Shown one piece after another: positions 24,013 to 37,667 of a stretch of DNA of 64,000 nucleotides; position 1 is the first letter of the stretch; every line of letters begins with the position of its first letter. Position numbers and translations under genes: made by a program. Below the pieces are notes generated by a model. That model made no database searches. It was given only the letters and a program-made list of their open reading frames with translations, and was not told the DNA's origin. Origin of the DNA: Octopus vulgaris (lineage: Eukaryota); the NCBI GenBank assembly GCA_951406725.2, contig OX597829.1, forward strand, positions 24,924,001-24,988,000, read 5' to 3'.

Positions 24013-26859
24013 ATATGTTCACTACCTTACAAAACCTATATAAGCTAAGCAAATGCATTAAAAGCACTACAGCATATTCAGAACACTTTCAGAAAATTAT
24101 CTCCATTCTCTTTGAGTATAATTTAGATGAGGCAAAATGAGTAACACAAAATATGGTAACTTTGCTACTTCAATTCTCCAGGAATATATTTGAAAAAAGA
24201 CTCGTACACATCAATATTCATCCTCAGACATCAGAAATGCACCAAAAATTAAAAATATCTAGGTCAAATGAAAGATCCTGGAAAAATGACTCACAATATG
24301 AAACAACAAAACACGACTAAAACAACTCAACATAAAATATTCTCTATAGCTTCTTCACAATCTGCTAGAATGGCTCTCTTCCTGGTATATTTACGCACCA
24401 TGTAGTTAAAGAGGAAATTATTGAAATAAGTCATTATTAATTTTGCCCCACTTTAGACCTCTTCCTCTTTTATTTTTTTTTTTTGAAAATTATGGCATTA
24501 GTGTAAGGAAAAAAATTACTTGGAATCTAGCAGAGAAAAAAATATTAATTGTTAAGCACCTAAAATTATCCCGATATTTTATTAATAACTTTGATTACAA
24601 TTAAGTCAAAGTTGAGAAAAAAATTTCTTTGAAAAAAAAATGTGCCTGTCACCCTCTTAATTTCAACAACCGTTATGCTGGCTAATTTTTTACTCTTAAA
24701 CATGATGCAAAAGTACAAAATGACAATGCAATACTTACAATGTAGTGGTTTCAAGCAAGTGGGGGATGAGAAATCAGAAATACTCATTTTGGCCCAATCC
24801 CTATGAATATTAAAATTGTCTCTCTTTCTTTTTACATTTATAAGTATCCTAGTCCATAAATAATGGGTTACTTGTTGATGTATTTTGAAAGCTAGATTAT
24901 TTCCTTTATTTACAAGTTTTATTGTTCAAATCATGATAAGGCCGTCATTAGATTTTCATCTATTTACCATTGATAAAGTATTAGTATATTTGGGTGATGC
25001 AATAGATTTTTACCTCTTCTCCTTCAGCAGTTGATCTTAACTAAGTAATCAATATTTGTATCATGAAAGCTGAATGATTTAGTAAGTTTCTTTTTCATGG
25101 TTGTTTTATGCCTGCTTTCTATGCTGTCATGTGTTGGATGGGTCATCGCAGCCCGAGTTAGTTTTAATTTCAAGCTACTGTCTTTGACAAGTCAGAAGAG
25201 CAATTGTCACTTGTTCCATTTTTCTTTGGCTGGGTGCCCTTTCTTTCACAAACCAGCTTTAGTATGCTGGGTGTATTTTATTGTAGCACCAATATTAGAG
25301 AGAGCATGGGGGCCTAGTGATCAGAGGTGTTATACTGAAGATTGTAAGGTCATGGATTCAATTCCCAGACCAGATGATGCTTTGTGCTTATGAACAAAAT
25401 ACTTCACACCATGCAACTGTACATGCAATGTTGATCTGAAGGAGGGAATAAACTAATGTATAGCACAAACATTTGGTCACTGTAAACAATATTATCTGTG
25501 CAGGTTATTTAGCAAGAAATTGTGGAATTGTCTTTCTCAACCATGAGAGACTAGCAAAAGGAAGAAGAGTATTAGAGCAGTTGTCATGTATTTGACAATG
25601 ATTAAGTAGTAGCTGGTGTTTGAATGTCTCCATTCAAACACCAGCCATTTTACTCAGGCAACTATGACTGATGAGTCTGTTTCACCGTTCATTACAAGAC
25701 AAATGTGATTCAGCTTGAATAGGAGTGACTGCCATGGGGGTAAGAGAAAAAAGAGGGTCTGAATATGGGTATAAAGAGGAAAATGTTGTTGGGATGGTAC
25801 AAGAGAGAGAGAGGTAGGGAATGAATATAATGATAGGTACACTGCAAGTTGTGGGTCGGAGGCTGAATAGCAAAATGAGAGGATATCAAAAACAGTGTCA
25901 TACCAACTGAGATGGGTGTAGAAATAGTAGAGAAGTGGGTTAAAGTGATTGATATATGTTCAATGTAATATAGAAAACCTACATATCAGTGTGATTGGAA
26001 TGTAATAAAGATCTGTTATGTAAACATTGGTTAAATGAAGTTCCAAGCATGCATTGGCTACATCAAGTTCACCTGTTTTGTAATCTTGAAGTCAAGATCA
26101 CGAGGGAGACAGAGAATGGTTGTATTTTTTTTTCTTTAGTACTGTCATAGTTTTTTTTTTTTTATTAAAAATATTTCTTTTAGAATGCAGAGCAACTGCA
26201 GGGTGACATTTACTGAAAAAAATTTCATTACTTAACATGTCGAAATAATGTTTGTTTTGTGCATAGGCCCCTAACGGAGCCCTGTTCTGGTGATGGATAA
26301 CAGATTATCAACTGTTAAGGTTGGTAAGCTGCAGCTTTACCATCTGAAGCTTCCTACTATCCAAGTTAATATTTAAGTATTCTCATTCATATTTGGTATT
26401 TAATTATTTTTGACAGTGATTAATGCTTAAGTATGTCCTTGTTCATGCCAACCATGTAACCATGTTTACCCAGCCATATACACTAATCCACCTCAACTAC
26501 ACCATGTTCAAGAAGTAAAAAAAACACATCCTAAGATTTGCTATGGTAGAAAGTTGAAGTTCCTGTTAGTAATGTGACAGTTACTCAGTGAAGATTAATG
26601 CTTTTTCTCCGAACCAAAACTTTTCATATTATGAAGATTCTTGATTCCTGTAAATTCTACATTTATATTTGCAAATATTCAAATTTAATAAAATAAAATT
26701 TTCTTTTTTTTTTGTGTGTGTGCATTTTCTAAAAATTTGCATAGTTTATTGGTTGTTCAGTATATTAGTTTTAAAATGTTAAATGATTTGTTGTCAAAAT
26801 CATTATGAAAAATTATAATTAACAAGTATTATATAATTTGTAGCTACATTTTATTTTAG

Positions 26860-27009
26860 GTGAGTGAAGGGACGCCGATAGAAGCATCACATTTAGCTTT
26901 AATGCGGATATATGGAGCGATTCATGTAGGGGCATCTTTTGTCTTATACAAATGTCGCATGAGCAAGGATGAATCTGTTATTGGAACAATGATGTGGAGT
27001 CGTATTTTG
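26860..27009 (+). CDS. Membrane protein exon 2
   Basis: ttattttag|VSEGTPIEASHLALMRIYGAIHVGASFVLYKCRMSKDESVIGTMMWSRIL|gtgagt; 150 nt, phase 0-0. Confidence 0.85.
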
Positions 27010-27609
27010 GTGAGTTAACCTAGTTTTCTAAATGGTTTTAATCCTCTAGAGATTTGGTGGCTTCATTTTATAAATTATTTTTTAAACAAACCATATCTGG
27101 ACTTGGTCACCATATTTATTTTTTACATATTCAGTACTTTAAATTAGTGATGTTGTTAAAGCAATGCTAGTCTAATTAGTTTTTATTTTCATCTTTCCTA
27201 ATTCTAGAGTTGACTTCCATTTTTTTCAAGAATTAATATGTTTGTCACGATCATCAGTTAAATTGACTTCTAAGTTTTTACATCTTTATGACTGGGGCTA
27301 ACAAACTCCTATTTTGCAAATAAGAAAACTGGATTAAATTATACCCAGCAATTGTAAATTCAGACCTTACTATTATTGTCTTTGATCTGCTGCATCAGTT
27401 TAGAGATTACTCTGCTACAAATCCATGGTTACTGGAAGCATTGAAAATATTTACTCCAAAAAAATTTAAAAAAAGCAAAAATGAAAAAATGTTTGTGCCT
27501 TCGAAGCTAAATAGAATGTGGCATTTCTATTGTGATTGATTGAACAATGTGTTGACTCATTTTCACATTCTTTCTCTCTCCCTCATTCTTTATATTTTCA
27601 TTTTTGCAG

Positions 27610-27678
27610 GGGCTAAAAATCCAAATCCTCACGCTTGCATATCATGCTATGTTTATCATGGACAAGTTCACTACATTT
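27610..27678 (+). CDS. Membrane protein exon 3
   Basis: tttttgcag|GLKIQILTLAYHAMFIMDKFTTF|gtaagt; 69 nt, phase 0-0. Confidence 0.8.
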
Positions 27679-27786
27679 GTAAGTATTTTTACTGTTTAAT
27701 ATGGTAGGCTGTGGCTTTTGGTAACTCTCATTTGCAATGTCTTTTGTATTCCAGCAGAAAAAGATATATTAAACATATTTCATATG

Positions 27787-28345
27787 AGGCATAGGTACAG
27801 TTGTGGGGTAAGAAGTTCTGAACCATATGCTTATGGGTTCAGTTTCACTGCATAGCACCTTGGTCCTTGGGCAAGTGTCTTCTAACGAAAGCTTAGTGAA
27901 TGGATTTGACAGATGGAAACTGAAAGAAACCTGTTGTGAATGTATGTATGTATATATATATATAAACTGGAACTACATGTGAATTGTTGGCGATTTTTTT
28001 TTTTTCCTGTCTTCCTTTACTCTTGGACTTTCCTCGAAATGTAAAACCACCTTTCTTTCCTTCCCTGAGCTTCTGTTAATATTTAGCATGTATTAATACT
28101 TCTGTTAATACTTGAGTTGTTATATATATATATAAATAAATCTCTGTCTTTATCCCCCAGCACTGCTGATAACTGGTGTTAGTTTATGTCTCCCTTAACT
28201 TAGCAGTTTGGCCAAAAGAGACTAAGAGAATAAACACCATGCTTTTAAAGGAAAGTCCTGTGGTCTATTGGTTTGACTAAAACCCTTCAGAACAGTGCCT
28301 TAGCATGGCCGCCTGATGATTGAAACTAGTGAAAAGGTAAAATGT
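27787..28345 (+). mobile_element. Diverged SINE (6997 family) containing a fragment of the hammerhead-bearing repeat (about 27985-28075) that lacks the CUGANGA core
   Basis: SINE head and tail are recognisable. gttggcgatttt...ctcgaaatgtaaaacc matches 9001-9110 with an internal deletion. Confidence 0.65.
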
Positions 28346-31300
28346 AACGGACAAAATGAATTGACAAAAGCCAGAGTGCACGTTACAGACTAGAAATGGA
28401 TAATATGAGGTCATATATTGAGAAGTAGATTTGGTTGTACCAGAGTGCCAGCAGCAATGTTTTAATTCCACATTCATAGTTATAGAACGTGTTTACGTTG
28501 TTTGTTCCCAGTTTCCACCCAATGTCCTCCGCATTCTTATGCTCAAACCTCACTACCTTTAAATCTCGCATCATAAAGTCTGTTCTTCAGTGAGAGAGAA
28601 GCCATCTATTAACAGATCATTTGTGAAGCTACCATTTCTGTTACCTTAATCCCCTTGATAGTAATGATTAGGTCATCTAGATAACAAGTTGCTTATCACC
28701 CACTGTACACTCTGTAAAATAGCTGGCATTATGAAGAGGATCCAGCTATATAAATCACACCAGGACAGGTGACTAGAGCCTGGTGTAGCCCTCTGGCTTG
28801 CCAGCTCCTATCAAACCATCCAACCCAAGTCAGTATGGAAAACGGATGTTAAATGATGATGATGATGAATGAGTCTTCTGGGCAGTTGAGGGACTTTATT
28901 GTTAACTACCTCTGTGTATCATCTGAAATACTTCTCTGTCAGCCTGTCTGCGATACCACTACACCTTTTATCCACCCATTATTTACATTTGGTACACAGT
29001 GTACAACAGTTGTACCTCCCTGCTGACTTTCTGTATATCAAACACAACCATTTCCAAGTTGGTACTAGCATTCTGTTGTGTTTTCTGTCAACTAAAAGAT
29101 TTGTCTTTGCTAAATTGACTATTGAGTCTCTCTGTTTGAATCCCATCTTCCAAATTTGGGAGGTTTTCTTTAATTCTGCAACTAATTTAGCTTTGAGAAC
29201 TGTGGGACTACTCAGTCTTAAACTGAAAGAAACAGGGATAGTGCTGGTAGATGCTTACCTATTTGAACTGGTTTGCAAACACTTACCTTGCTTTTAGCAC
29301 CTATATGTTGCATACATTGTTCTCACAGCCATTCTTCATGGTACATTGTCAAAGATGTCTTCTCCAAATCAATAAATATTGGCTTTAATGATTTGTTCTT
29401 GTCTCAGAACTTTTCTTGTAGTTGATTGAAGAAGAGGGCATCTTGATACAAATTACATGTCTTATAATCTGGTTTTGTCCTCTATTATATTTTTCTATAC
29501 CCCCTCCCAACTATCTCTCTCTTATTTTTGCATCTTGGTCGATCACTTGAATGTCTTAGTAGTCAGTCCTTCTGAAGTATCTATTTTGTTCTTCTAATAG
29601 TTTATAACCATAATGTCTGATTAACTAAGGCGTAAATAGCCAGAGTTGGTAAACACAACCTGTCACTGTGCATTACAAGTATATCTTCTGATTTCAACTT
29701 AACTAGGGCTGCTACCCACTCTGCTATCAAAAAGCCCTTTACTTCTATGTCTTGTTTTGCTCCATTTTGTGTTCACTAATTATGGCTGCTGTTTGTTCTA
29801 TTCACAGTACATTGTCATGATACAATACCCAGTTTTTTTCTGCTTCTCCTATTCATCATAGGATCTTTATTTTTTGAAGTTATGTACTGTAGACTCTTTT
29901 AGCTTTATCTTCCTTCTCCAACTGTACATAAACTATCTAAGTTATATTTCTGTAGTTTTCTCATGAACGATGATACTAACTTCTTCTGGAGTCAAAGCAG
30001 AAACTGATAGTTGATAATTAACACCTTGACTGATTCCATTATCAAAATCTAGTGTATGTTGAATAATATTCATCATCATCATCGTTTAATATCCGCTTTC
30101 AATGCTAGCATGGATTGGACAATTTTGACTGAGGGCTGGCGAACCAGATGGCTGCACTAGGCTTCAATCTTAGCCCCTTCCTTCACCCTAGGGTTTTCTA
30201 ATTTTCTTAATTTCCTGTAGTGTATATCATCTTTAGAATGAGTTTGATTCCTTATTCCTTGATATAATCAACCCCCCTCTCTGCTCGTTGCCTTGTTTTC
30301 ACTATTTGTAGTTCCTAGAAGAGAAGGAACTTCAGCAAGTGATGACTTGAAACTCAGTTGCAGCCTTAAATCATTTGTTGTTGTCATTGACATGTTTGAT
30401 TTTCTGTTCTTTGTACAAGGTACGTGTATGTGTAAGAGTGTCTGCAGGTATGGTGTGTGTCCGGGTGAGGTAGAGTAAATACTGCTACAAAGTCACATTT
30501 TATAGGTTGTATGTATGTATGTATATGTACAAATCTAAGTTTGATTGTTTCTCTTTCCCTTTTTAAATTAGAATAGATTTTGACTGGCCATTTGCTTGGT
30601 AGCAAGGTTGTGAGGGAAAGCATCTTCTTTTTTTACATTTTCCTTTAAATCATAGGAAGGTCTTGCAGATTTTTATAGTCTCATATATTGTAATCATTTG
30701 TAGTTTAGAAACTTGTTCTCTACCCAAGATCCCATGTTCAGCAATACTTTGCTCCAGTAATAAGTATGAAGCTTCAGTAGAAAATGCACGTTGAATCAGA
30801 ATTATGATGATGATAATGACACAAGTCTAATTAATAAAACATCATCATGTAATGCCTGCTTTCCATGCTGGCATGGGTTGGACAGTTTAACAGAAACCAA
30901 CAAGCCAAAGGACAATACCAAGCCCTACTTTCTGCTTTGGTGTGGTTTCCACAACTGAATAACCTTCCTAATGGCTGCCACTTTACAGAGTGTACTGGAT
31001 GCTTTTCATGTGGTACCAACTGCAGTGGGGTCACCAAGAAACTTGCAAAACTAAACTCTGTTGTCTGAAGAGCTAGTGGTATTGAGGGAGGTGGCTAACC
31101 CAAGAGAGGAGTGAGAGAGAAGATGGTGAAAATGGGTTGGGGTATACCATCAAGTTACAAGGGAGTGTATATAAGTAAAGTGGTACAGAGGATTGGATAG
31201 GGTGAATGGGCAGATAAGCTCACACGCACTGGAAATGAAAGGGAGGAAAATGCAGTGAGTGAATACAGGGAGAAGGGGGAGGTGTGAGGAACATGTTGAA

Positions 31301-31829
31301 GGATAGATTGTGTGAAAATTGCAAGAGTGGGAGATAAAGGAGAGGTGAATGAAGTGAGTGACACACAGATGGAGGAGAGATTTTTCAAGGACAGAGGCAT
31401 AAACAACATGCCTTTAGGATGTCCAGATTATTTAGGTGGACAGGTCTTCTCAAGTTTTGCTAATTGCTTAACATCTGAAGGTCATTTTGCACCACTTTAC
31501 TCTACGTCCTCCTAGGTCCTCTTTTCCACAGATTCACCTCACACCCTCCAGGCAGAATCTGTCTCTCCCTCTTTCTCTCTCTCTCACTTAGACAGACAGA
31601 GAGAGAGAGAGAGATGAATATCATATGGTGAGGATCATTGATATCCTTCATTTTTGCCTCTGCAGAATTAAATATTAGAAATGTTATAACACTGTGGATG
31701 TAACACGATGATGATGACTATTCTCTTCTATACTATTCTAGTTATTTCTAATAATAATTGTTTTAATTCTGATTTGTTTTATTAAATATATAACTAATGA
31801 TCTTTTTTTTTTTTTTCTTTTCTTGACAG

Positions 31830-32024
31830 TTTCTCTACTTTGTTCTTGGGAACTTCTGCCTGTGGTTAGTGGCTAATTTAGTCCAAATTATACGAAAGCA
31901 ACCTAAACTTGGTCACTATGAACCTGAAGTGTTATTGACATGGGTGATAAGAACTGAATTTTTTGTTACGTTTCTGTCAGGGCTGGCATATATGGCCTTT
32001 CCACATTTTTTGACTACCTTGTTT
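31830..32024 (+). CDS. Membrane protein exon 4
   Basis: Long polypyrimidine tract, then gacag|FLYFVLGNFCLWLVANLVQIIRKQPKLGHYEPEVLLTWVIRTEFFVTFLSGLAYMAFPHFLTTLF|gtaagt; 195 nt. Confidence 0.85.
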
Positions 32025-33767
32025 GTAAGTTTTCTCTTTTAATCTTTCTAATTTTCACCAGCTGACATTGGCAACATGTCTAATGTTGGATCTGTTAACT
32101 GTATGAATAATAAAACTGCTGTTGTTAATAAATATTTATCTTGCTCCCAATTTGTCAGCATAATTAGGTATGGTCCGTTTCTCTGACCTGAGCTGGGTTA
32201 CACAATCTGTAAGAGATGAAAGTAGGGAATCACTGATTGCTGATTTTAAACTTTTCTAAAACAGACAGTACCATCTGTCATTGTGTTAATCTTTTGTCCT
32301 CCTCTTGTACAAAATAATGACAGTTTAGACTCACCGTAAAACATTATTAGCAAAATATGGTTCATCTTATTGAAAAGAAAGGTATACAAAAGGGAACAGT
32401 GACAACCTAAACATATGGATAGGAGCACTAGAGGGAAAGCATATTGATGGCACAGTTGATTGATATGTGGTTTACTGGATTGTTGCCAGTTAAGCGTGTT
32501 AGTCATGGATATGCTACAATTAACTATACCTTACTGTGCTACCTACATACAAAGGTAGCAGGGTTTGGGTGAACAGAAGGTAAGGTCTTGTTGCCCTTTA
32601 ATGATTTAAATCTGGTAACTACTGAGAATTTGAACAGACAAAAGGGAGCTTCTCTTTGGTTTCTAATCAGCTAGAAATAACAGCAAGGAGTGGGAATGTG
32701 TGTATGAGATAAAGACTAGATGGTGGTGGCAAGAATGTCTTTGAATAAAGCTGACTTGAGCCAAACAAAATAATGCTTTTTAGCCCTAGATTATTGCTAA
32801 GGAGTTGAACTATCCTGAGGGATGTTCCAGTTTTGACCATCCCATTTTGATGTCAGTCCTATCTCCTTTGCCCTTCCATATTTTAAGATAGTAAAGTGGA
32901 GTTGAAGGGTGATTTGGCTGTTATTTCTCGCAGTTATTTAATTTGAGCTATTGTATAGAACAGGCATGCTCAACCTCTTTTTGTTAGGCATGCCAATCAC
33001 AATGTCCTGTGGGTTCCAGTTTTCCCTTGCCTGTTAGTAGAGATCCTTCTGTCTCCCCTCATTTTATATGGCTTCTTTCATTTGTCTTTTATTACTTCCC
33101 ATGTCACCATGTCATTGATGGAGTGGAAGAATTCCCTCACCAGCAATAAATCTGTGTCATTTTTATGGCTTCATCTCAGTTTTTTTTGTTTGGTACCAAT
33201 TTCTTTGAGCACTGGATGGATAGAAGAAGCACATTGCTGGTCAAATTGTTATCAAGTCTGAGAAAATGCTTAGTGCCCATTTCTTCTTGCTTTACTGGGG
33301 TTCACTTTGCCATTCATCCTTTTGGAGTTATTAAGATATGTACTAGTTAAGCACCATCCCCTAGACTTTAGCAGCTTGTGCCAAAATTAGGATGAATTAA
33401 TATTATACAATAAGAAAAACCTATTTGAGGTTGTTCATAATTTTAGGTCACAAAAACCTAATTAAACTGCTTTTTTTTTTATAACCCCTTAATAATTAAA
33501 GTCTCTTAATTATCAACAAGCAATTTAACATTTTAGTGATGATTACTTTATATTGATTGTATGTGTTTTGTGTATTTAAGTATGTATGTTATATTTAATG
33601 AACTAACTGCTATAAACAATATTAAATGTTTTATGTCATGCAAACAAGTTCTCTGCTTGACAACTTTCTACACAATTGAGAGAAAATATTTTCTAAAACT
33701 TTTTTTCTTCTTTCCTCTAATTTTCCCATAAAGTATAATTGTTATCCAAGTTTTAAGTAGTGGTGTA

Positions 33768-33934
33768 CATTAGCATAGCTTGAGTGTGTGCCATCTGGAA
33801 CGGCCCTTCCGTTTGCTGACCCCTGGACCTCACAAAAGACGTATTGCATACAGCAGACCCGAAAGTAATGCCCCTTTAAAAGTGCTGCTTGGAGCAGACC
33901 ACCCCTACTACCCACCCCACTAGCTACACTAGTG
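33768..33934. mobile_element. hAT-type MITE
   Basis: TIR cattagcatagct / agctacactagtg; 8-bp TSD gtggtgta/gtgatgta. A related end (cactagcgtagct) is at about 9771. Confidence 0.65.
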
Positions 33935-34597
33935 GTGATGTATGTAATAAATTATTGTACTTTATGGTAATTATGTACTAATTGTATCTCAGTGATAATT
34001 GTTAGTTATAATGTATGTAATAAGTTCTTGCTGGCGAGGAAAAGCTCATTGAATCAACAGGAATGTGCCAGGGACTGTAGATAATCTGCAGCTGCCTGGT
34101 CAGTTTCACATGTCATATGCCAAGATGCAGGGCAACAAAGCTTGTTTTGCACTATCAAAATTAATTGCTGTTTTGGGGAGTCCATCAATCATGTTGACAG
34201 GAAAGGACAGGCATTTTACCTTTTCCTTCTGTCTTTGTAAGATATAGCATGATGAGGGGTAACTGAAAGAACTGAAGATAGGGACTCTTTGTCTTCCAGT
34301 TTTCAGCAGAGAAGGGAGTGGGAGGTGTTGTTACAATAACTTGTTTAGAAAGGTGGGTGTTAGTGGCTAAGAAGGCCTAAACAAAAGGGCTTACTCTTCA
34401 GAAGCACTTTTAGGTCAGAAAATAACATACTAAAATAAGGTACTTGCCTTTGGTGGTTAGGCTAACCTAGCATCTGTGTGTTTGGATATAACAGTCTCCA
34501 CTATTATATTTTCTTTGTATTGGCCTCGTTTTGATCCCTTCAGTATATTAAACAAGTAATTCCCACTACTGTTGTTATTTTCTTTCCATTTCTTCAG

Positions 34598-34738
34598 TCT
34601 CCAAAACCTGATCTAATCCATGTATATATAACTCAACTTGTGGGTGGATCGACACTTGGTGGTATTTGGTTATCTTGGTACTCTACGAGTTTTTACCTAG
34701 AAAGAGATATAAAATCAGTTTTACTCTCTCGTGTTTAC
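34598..34738 (+). CDS. Membrane protein exon 5
   Basis: tcttcag|SPKPDLIHVYITQLVGGSTLGGIWLSWYSTSFYLERDIKSVLLSRVY|gtaagt; 141 nt. Confidence 0.85.
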
Positions 34739-35895
34739 GTAAGTATTGTTTTTGATTTTTTTTCCTTTCTATTAAATGTGTATGTTTTACAAGTCAAATG
34801 TATCTAAATTTCTGATTCATTACTACCAATTATTGTATTTCATGGTGTGAATATTTCTAAAAGAGTCTGTTCTCTTTTATTTAGCCTTGCTATAATTAAA
34901 TTGATGTTTGGTAGACAGGTACATGCTATTTGTTAATTAGTCTACCAGTTTATGCTAGTGGACATGCTAAAACAGCTTTGCTTGATTGAACAAATGATCA
35001 AAAAGTTTGTCAGCCAATTTAATATAGTTTCTGAATTGCAAGCTTGGTTCTTCATGATAGTTACACTATAGAAATAAGGGTAGTTGAACTTTTAGTCCTG
35101 CTTATAGCTGAATTGTATTGATGAGTATATAGCTTAATGAAACTATTAAGTCCTTCTTGTTTACTGCAAGGCCAGTGATAACTTGTTGATCTAATGAAAA
35201 GCAGCTGTAATCATTTTGACCATGTGGTTATATATTGTAAGCTTTGCAGAGTATTTTTACGGTTATATCAAGTGACTAATATCAACATTCTCTATTAGTG
35301 TATAGAATAAATTGAAAATGCACAACATACAGTGTTATACAGAATATTCCACAAATCAGTGTGCATTTTTCTTTTTCCTTGCATTTTAATTAATCAAACA
35401 GATTTATCTAATTATTCTTAGATTTACATGGTGCTGTAGGTCATGCAGGCTTTTATGCTTTCCAATTCTGTATTTCATATTGTGAGATATTTTTCAGCCA
35501 GATTTTTATGTCTGGTTACTTTTCCTCAGATTGGAGCACATGCACACCAAGTGATATAGTTTGTCATTGACAGTAAAGTTCTATGCCTTTTCAGTTCATG
35601 GCACTTTTGGCTTTCATAAAAGAAACAAAACTGTTATGGAATACATCAATGAACATTGGAGGAACTGTTATTTGGTTGGCCATTTTTCATAACTGGCCAA
35701 ATTTGCCATTCAACCTCTTAATATATAAATGTCTACAATACTCTTTAATTAGTTCCTGTTTATACAGTTTAAATGTATTTTTCTCACTCAAATTGTCAAC
35801 TGTTGCAATAAGCTGTATTGTTTTTTGATTCTGTTCTCCATTTCAATGTTGTTTGCCAAAGTTTATCTGTGTTTTTGTTTTCTGTCTCTCTTCAG

Positions 35896-36069
35896 ACAAC
35901 AATCATAATTTTTGCTGTGATAACCCAAAGCCACTTCATGCTAGGATATCCTAAACTGGAGAATATGTGGTTGTTCTTCACTTGGTTCCTTCCATTTGTA
36001 CTTGCAATTGTTGGTCTCATTATGATAAATGCACGACGAAGATACCCAATAAAGAAAAAGGCAACATAA
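35896..36069 (+). CDS. Membrane protein exon 6 (terminal), ending RRRYPIKKKAT*
   Basis: ctcttcag| then 57 codons and TAA. AATAAA at 36108 and about 36593. Confidence 0.85.
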   Translation, partial: TTIIIFAVITQSHFMLGYPKLENMWLFFTWFLPFVLAIVGLIMINARRRYPIKKKAT

Positions 36070-36753
36070 ATACTTTGCAAAAGACTTCATTTTGCAACTC
36101 CTATGCAAATAAATGGTAACGTGTTTGTCTGAAGCAAATATATTTTTTCATAATTTCTTTTATAAATGTTTATTTTTGAAATGATTTTTCTCCTGGCACA
36201 TTTTTTGAAGTAGAATTAACTAGCTATGAAGAACATGACATAATTTTAGATGGTAGTTATTTTCATTTGAGTCTAGATTTACTGTTTGTTTTTACTGATT
36301 AAAGATAATTAATATTCCAAATATTATGGAATTTTTAATCACCTCACAGGTGACTTTTCTATGAATCAAACAGTTTAGGCAATACTATATAATCTTCACA
36401 TCATTTTTCCTCTAAAGTCTAATTGATATATTTCAATATAATAATCATTGTCAGGAATAGCTGTAATTACATTTTTTTTTTTAAATCCTGTTTATGTAAC
36501 TATAATTAGATCTACAATAGTTTAATGGCTTCACAGCAATTAAGTAAACAACTGATATCCGTCCCCTCACCCCATCGCCTATTTCCAGTTTTAATAAATT
36601 GGGACTGGCATGTCAACTCATTTCAAAAAAAAATTCTTTTTTTTTTTAAAGTTTGTGTTTTTACCTGCTATTAAACATTAGAAAATTTTTTACCTCCCTT
36701 TAATTCCATCATCTCTGTTAATAAAATTTGTGCTTTTCACATTAATGTATCTC

Positions 36754-37124
36754 TTTTACTCTTTTACTTGTTTCAGTCATTTGACTGAAACACCGCCTTT
36801 AGTCGACCAAATTGACCCCAGGACTTATTCTTTGTAAGCCTAGTGCTTATTCTATCAGTCTCTTTTGCTGAACCGCTAAGTTACAGGGACGTAAACACAC
36901 CAGCATCGGTTGTCAAGCGATGTTTGCGGGGACAAACGCAGACACACAAACATATTCACACATATACATATATACGATGGGCTTCTTTCAGTTTCCGTTT
37001 ACCAAATCCACTCACAAGGCTTTGGTTGGCCCGACTCTATAGTAAAAGGTGGCATGCAGTTGGACTGAACCCGAAACTATGTGGTTCGTAAGCAAGCTAC
37101 TTACCACACAGCCACTCCTACGCC
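36754..37124 (-). mobile_element. tRNA-derived SINE (6997 family)
   Basis: Inverted homology to 6997-7402. Confidence 0.9.
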
Positions 37125-37218
37125 TTAAATTAAAAAGTGTTGGCGGCCGGCTATGAGACTCGAACTCACACCTCCGTGATTATGCGTCGTGGTGCTCTGT
37201 ACCTTTATTAAACAACTG

Positions 37219-37667
37219 GGCAAGACTTCCTTTTTATACCCCCCACCCCCCAAAAAACACCCCTTTTCTTTTTCTACACAAACCCATCTACAGAGAATAT
37301 GAATCTGCAAAAAAATTGGTAAAAATCAGCATTTTGAAATCTGCCACCACCACCTAAATTTTTCAATTTCAAGTTTTTTTTTTTTTTTTTTTTTTTTTTC
37401 CTTGTAAATATGCAGATAAATATGGAGGTTATGATTCTGAAACAAATTTCAAAAAATTTTTCTGGTTAGGGTTTGGGTTATGGGAAAGAGTGAAAAATGA
37501 AGAAATTGAGGGGGGAATGGCGGGGCGGAATTTCAAAATTCCAATCTTTTGCAATTTTCTGGAATCTCCATATCCGAAAACATGGGTTTTCAGCAAAAAA
37601 AATTTCTTTTTAAGTGAAAACAATAATTTGCAAGAAGGGGGGCGGGGGGGCAGGAGGAAGTCTTTCT
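37219..37667. mobile_element. GG-ended MITE, same family as 20911-21379, opposite orientation
   Basis: TIR ggcaagacttcc / ggaagtctttct; flanks aacaactg and gacaactg. Confidence 0.8.

Noticed and set aside
35583-35828. 81-aa ORF identical in both duplicate copies
   Set aside because: It lies in intron 5. Identity reflects the recent duplication, and there is no splice or homology support.
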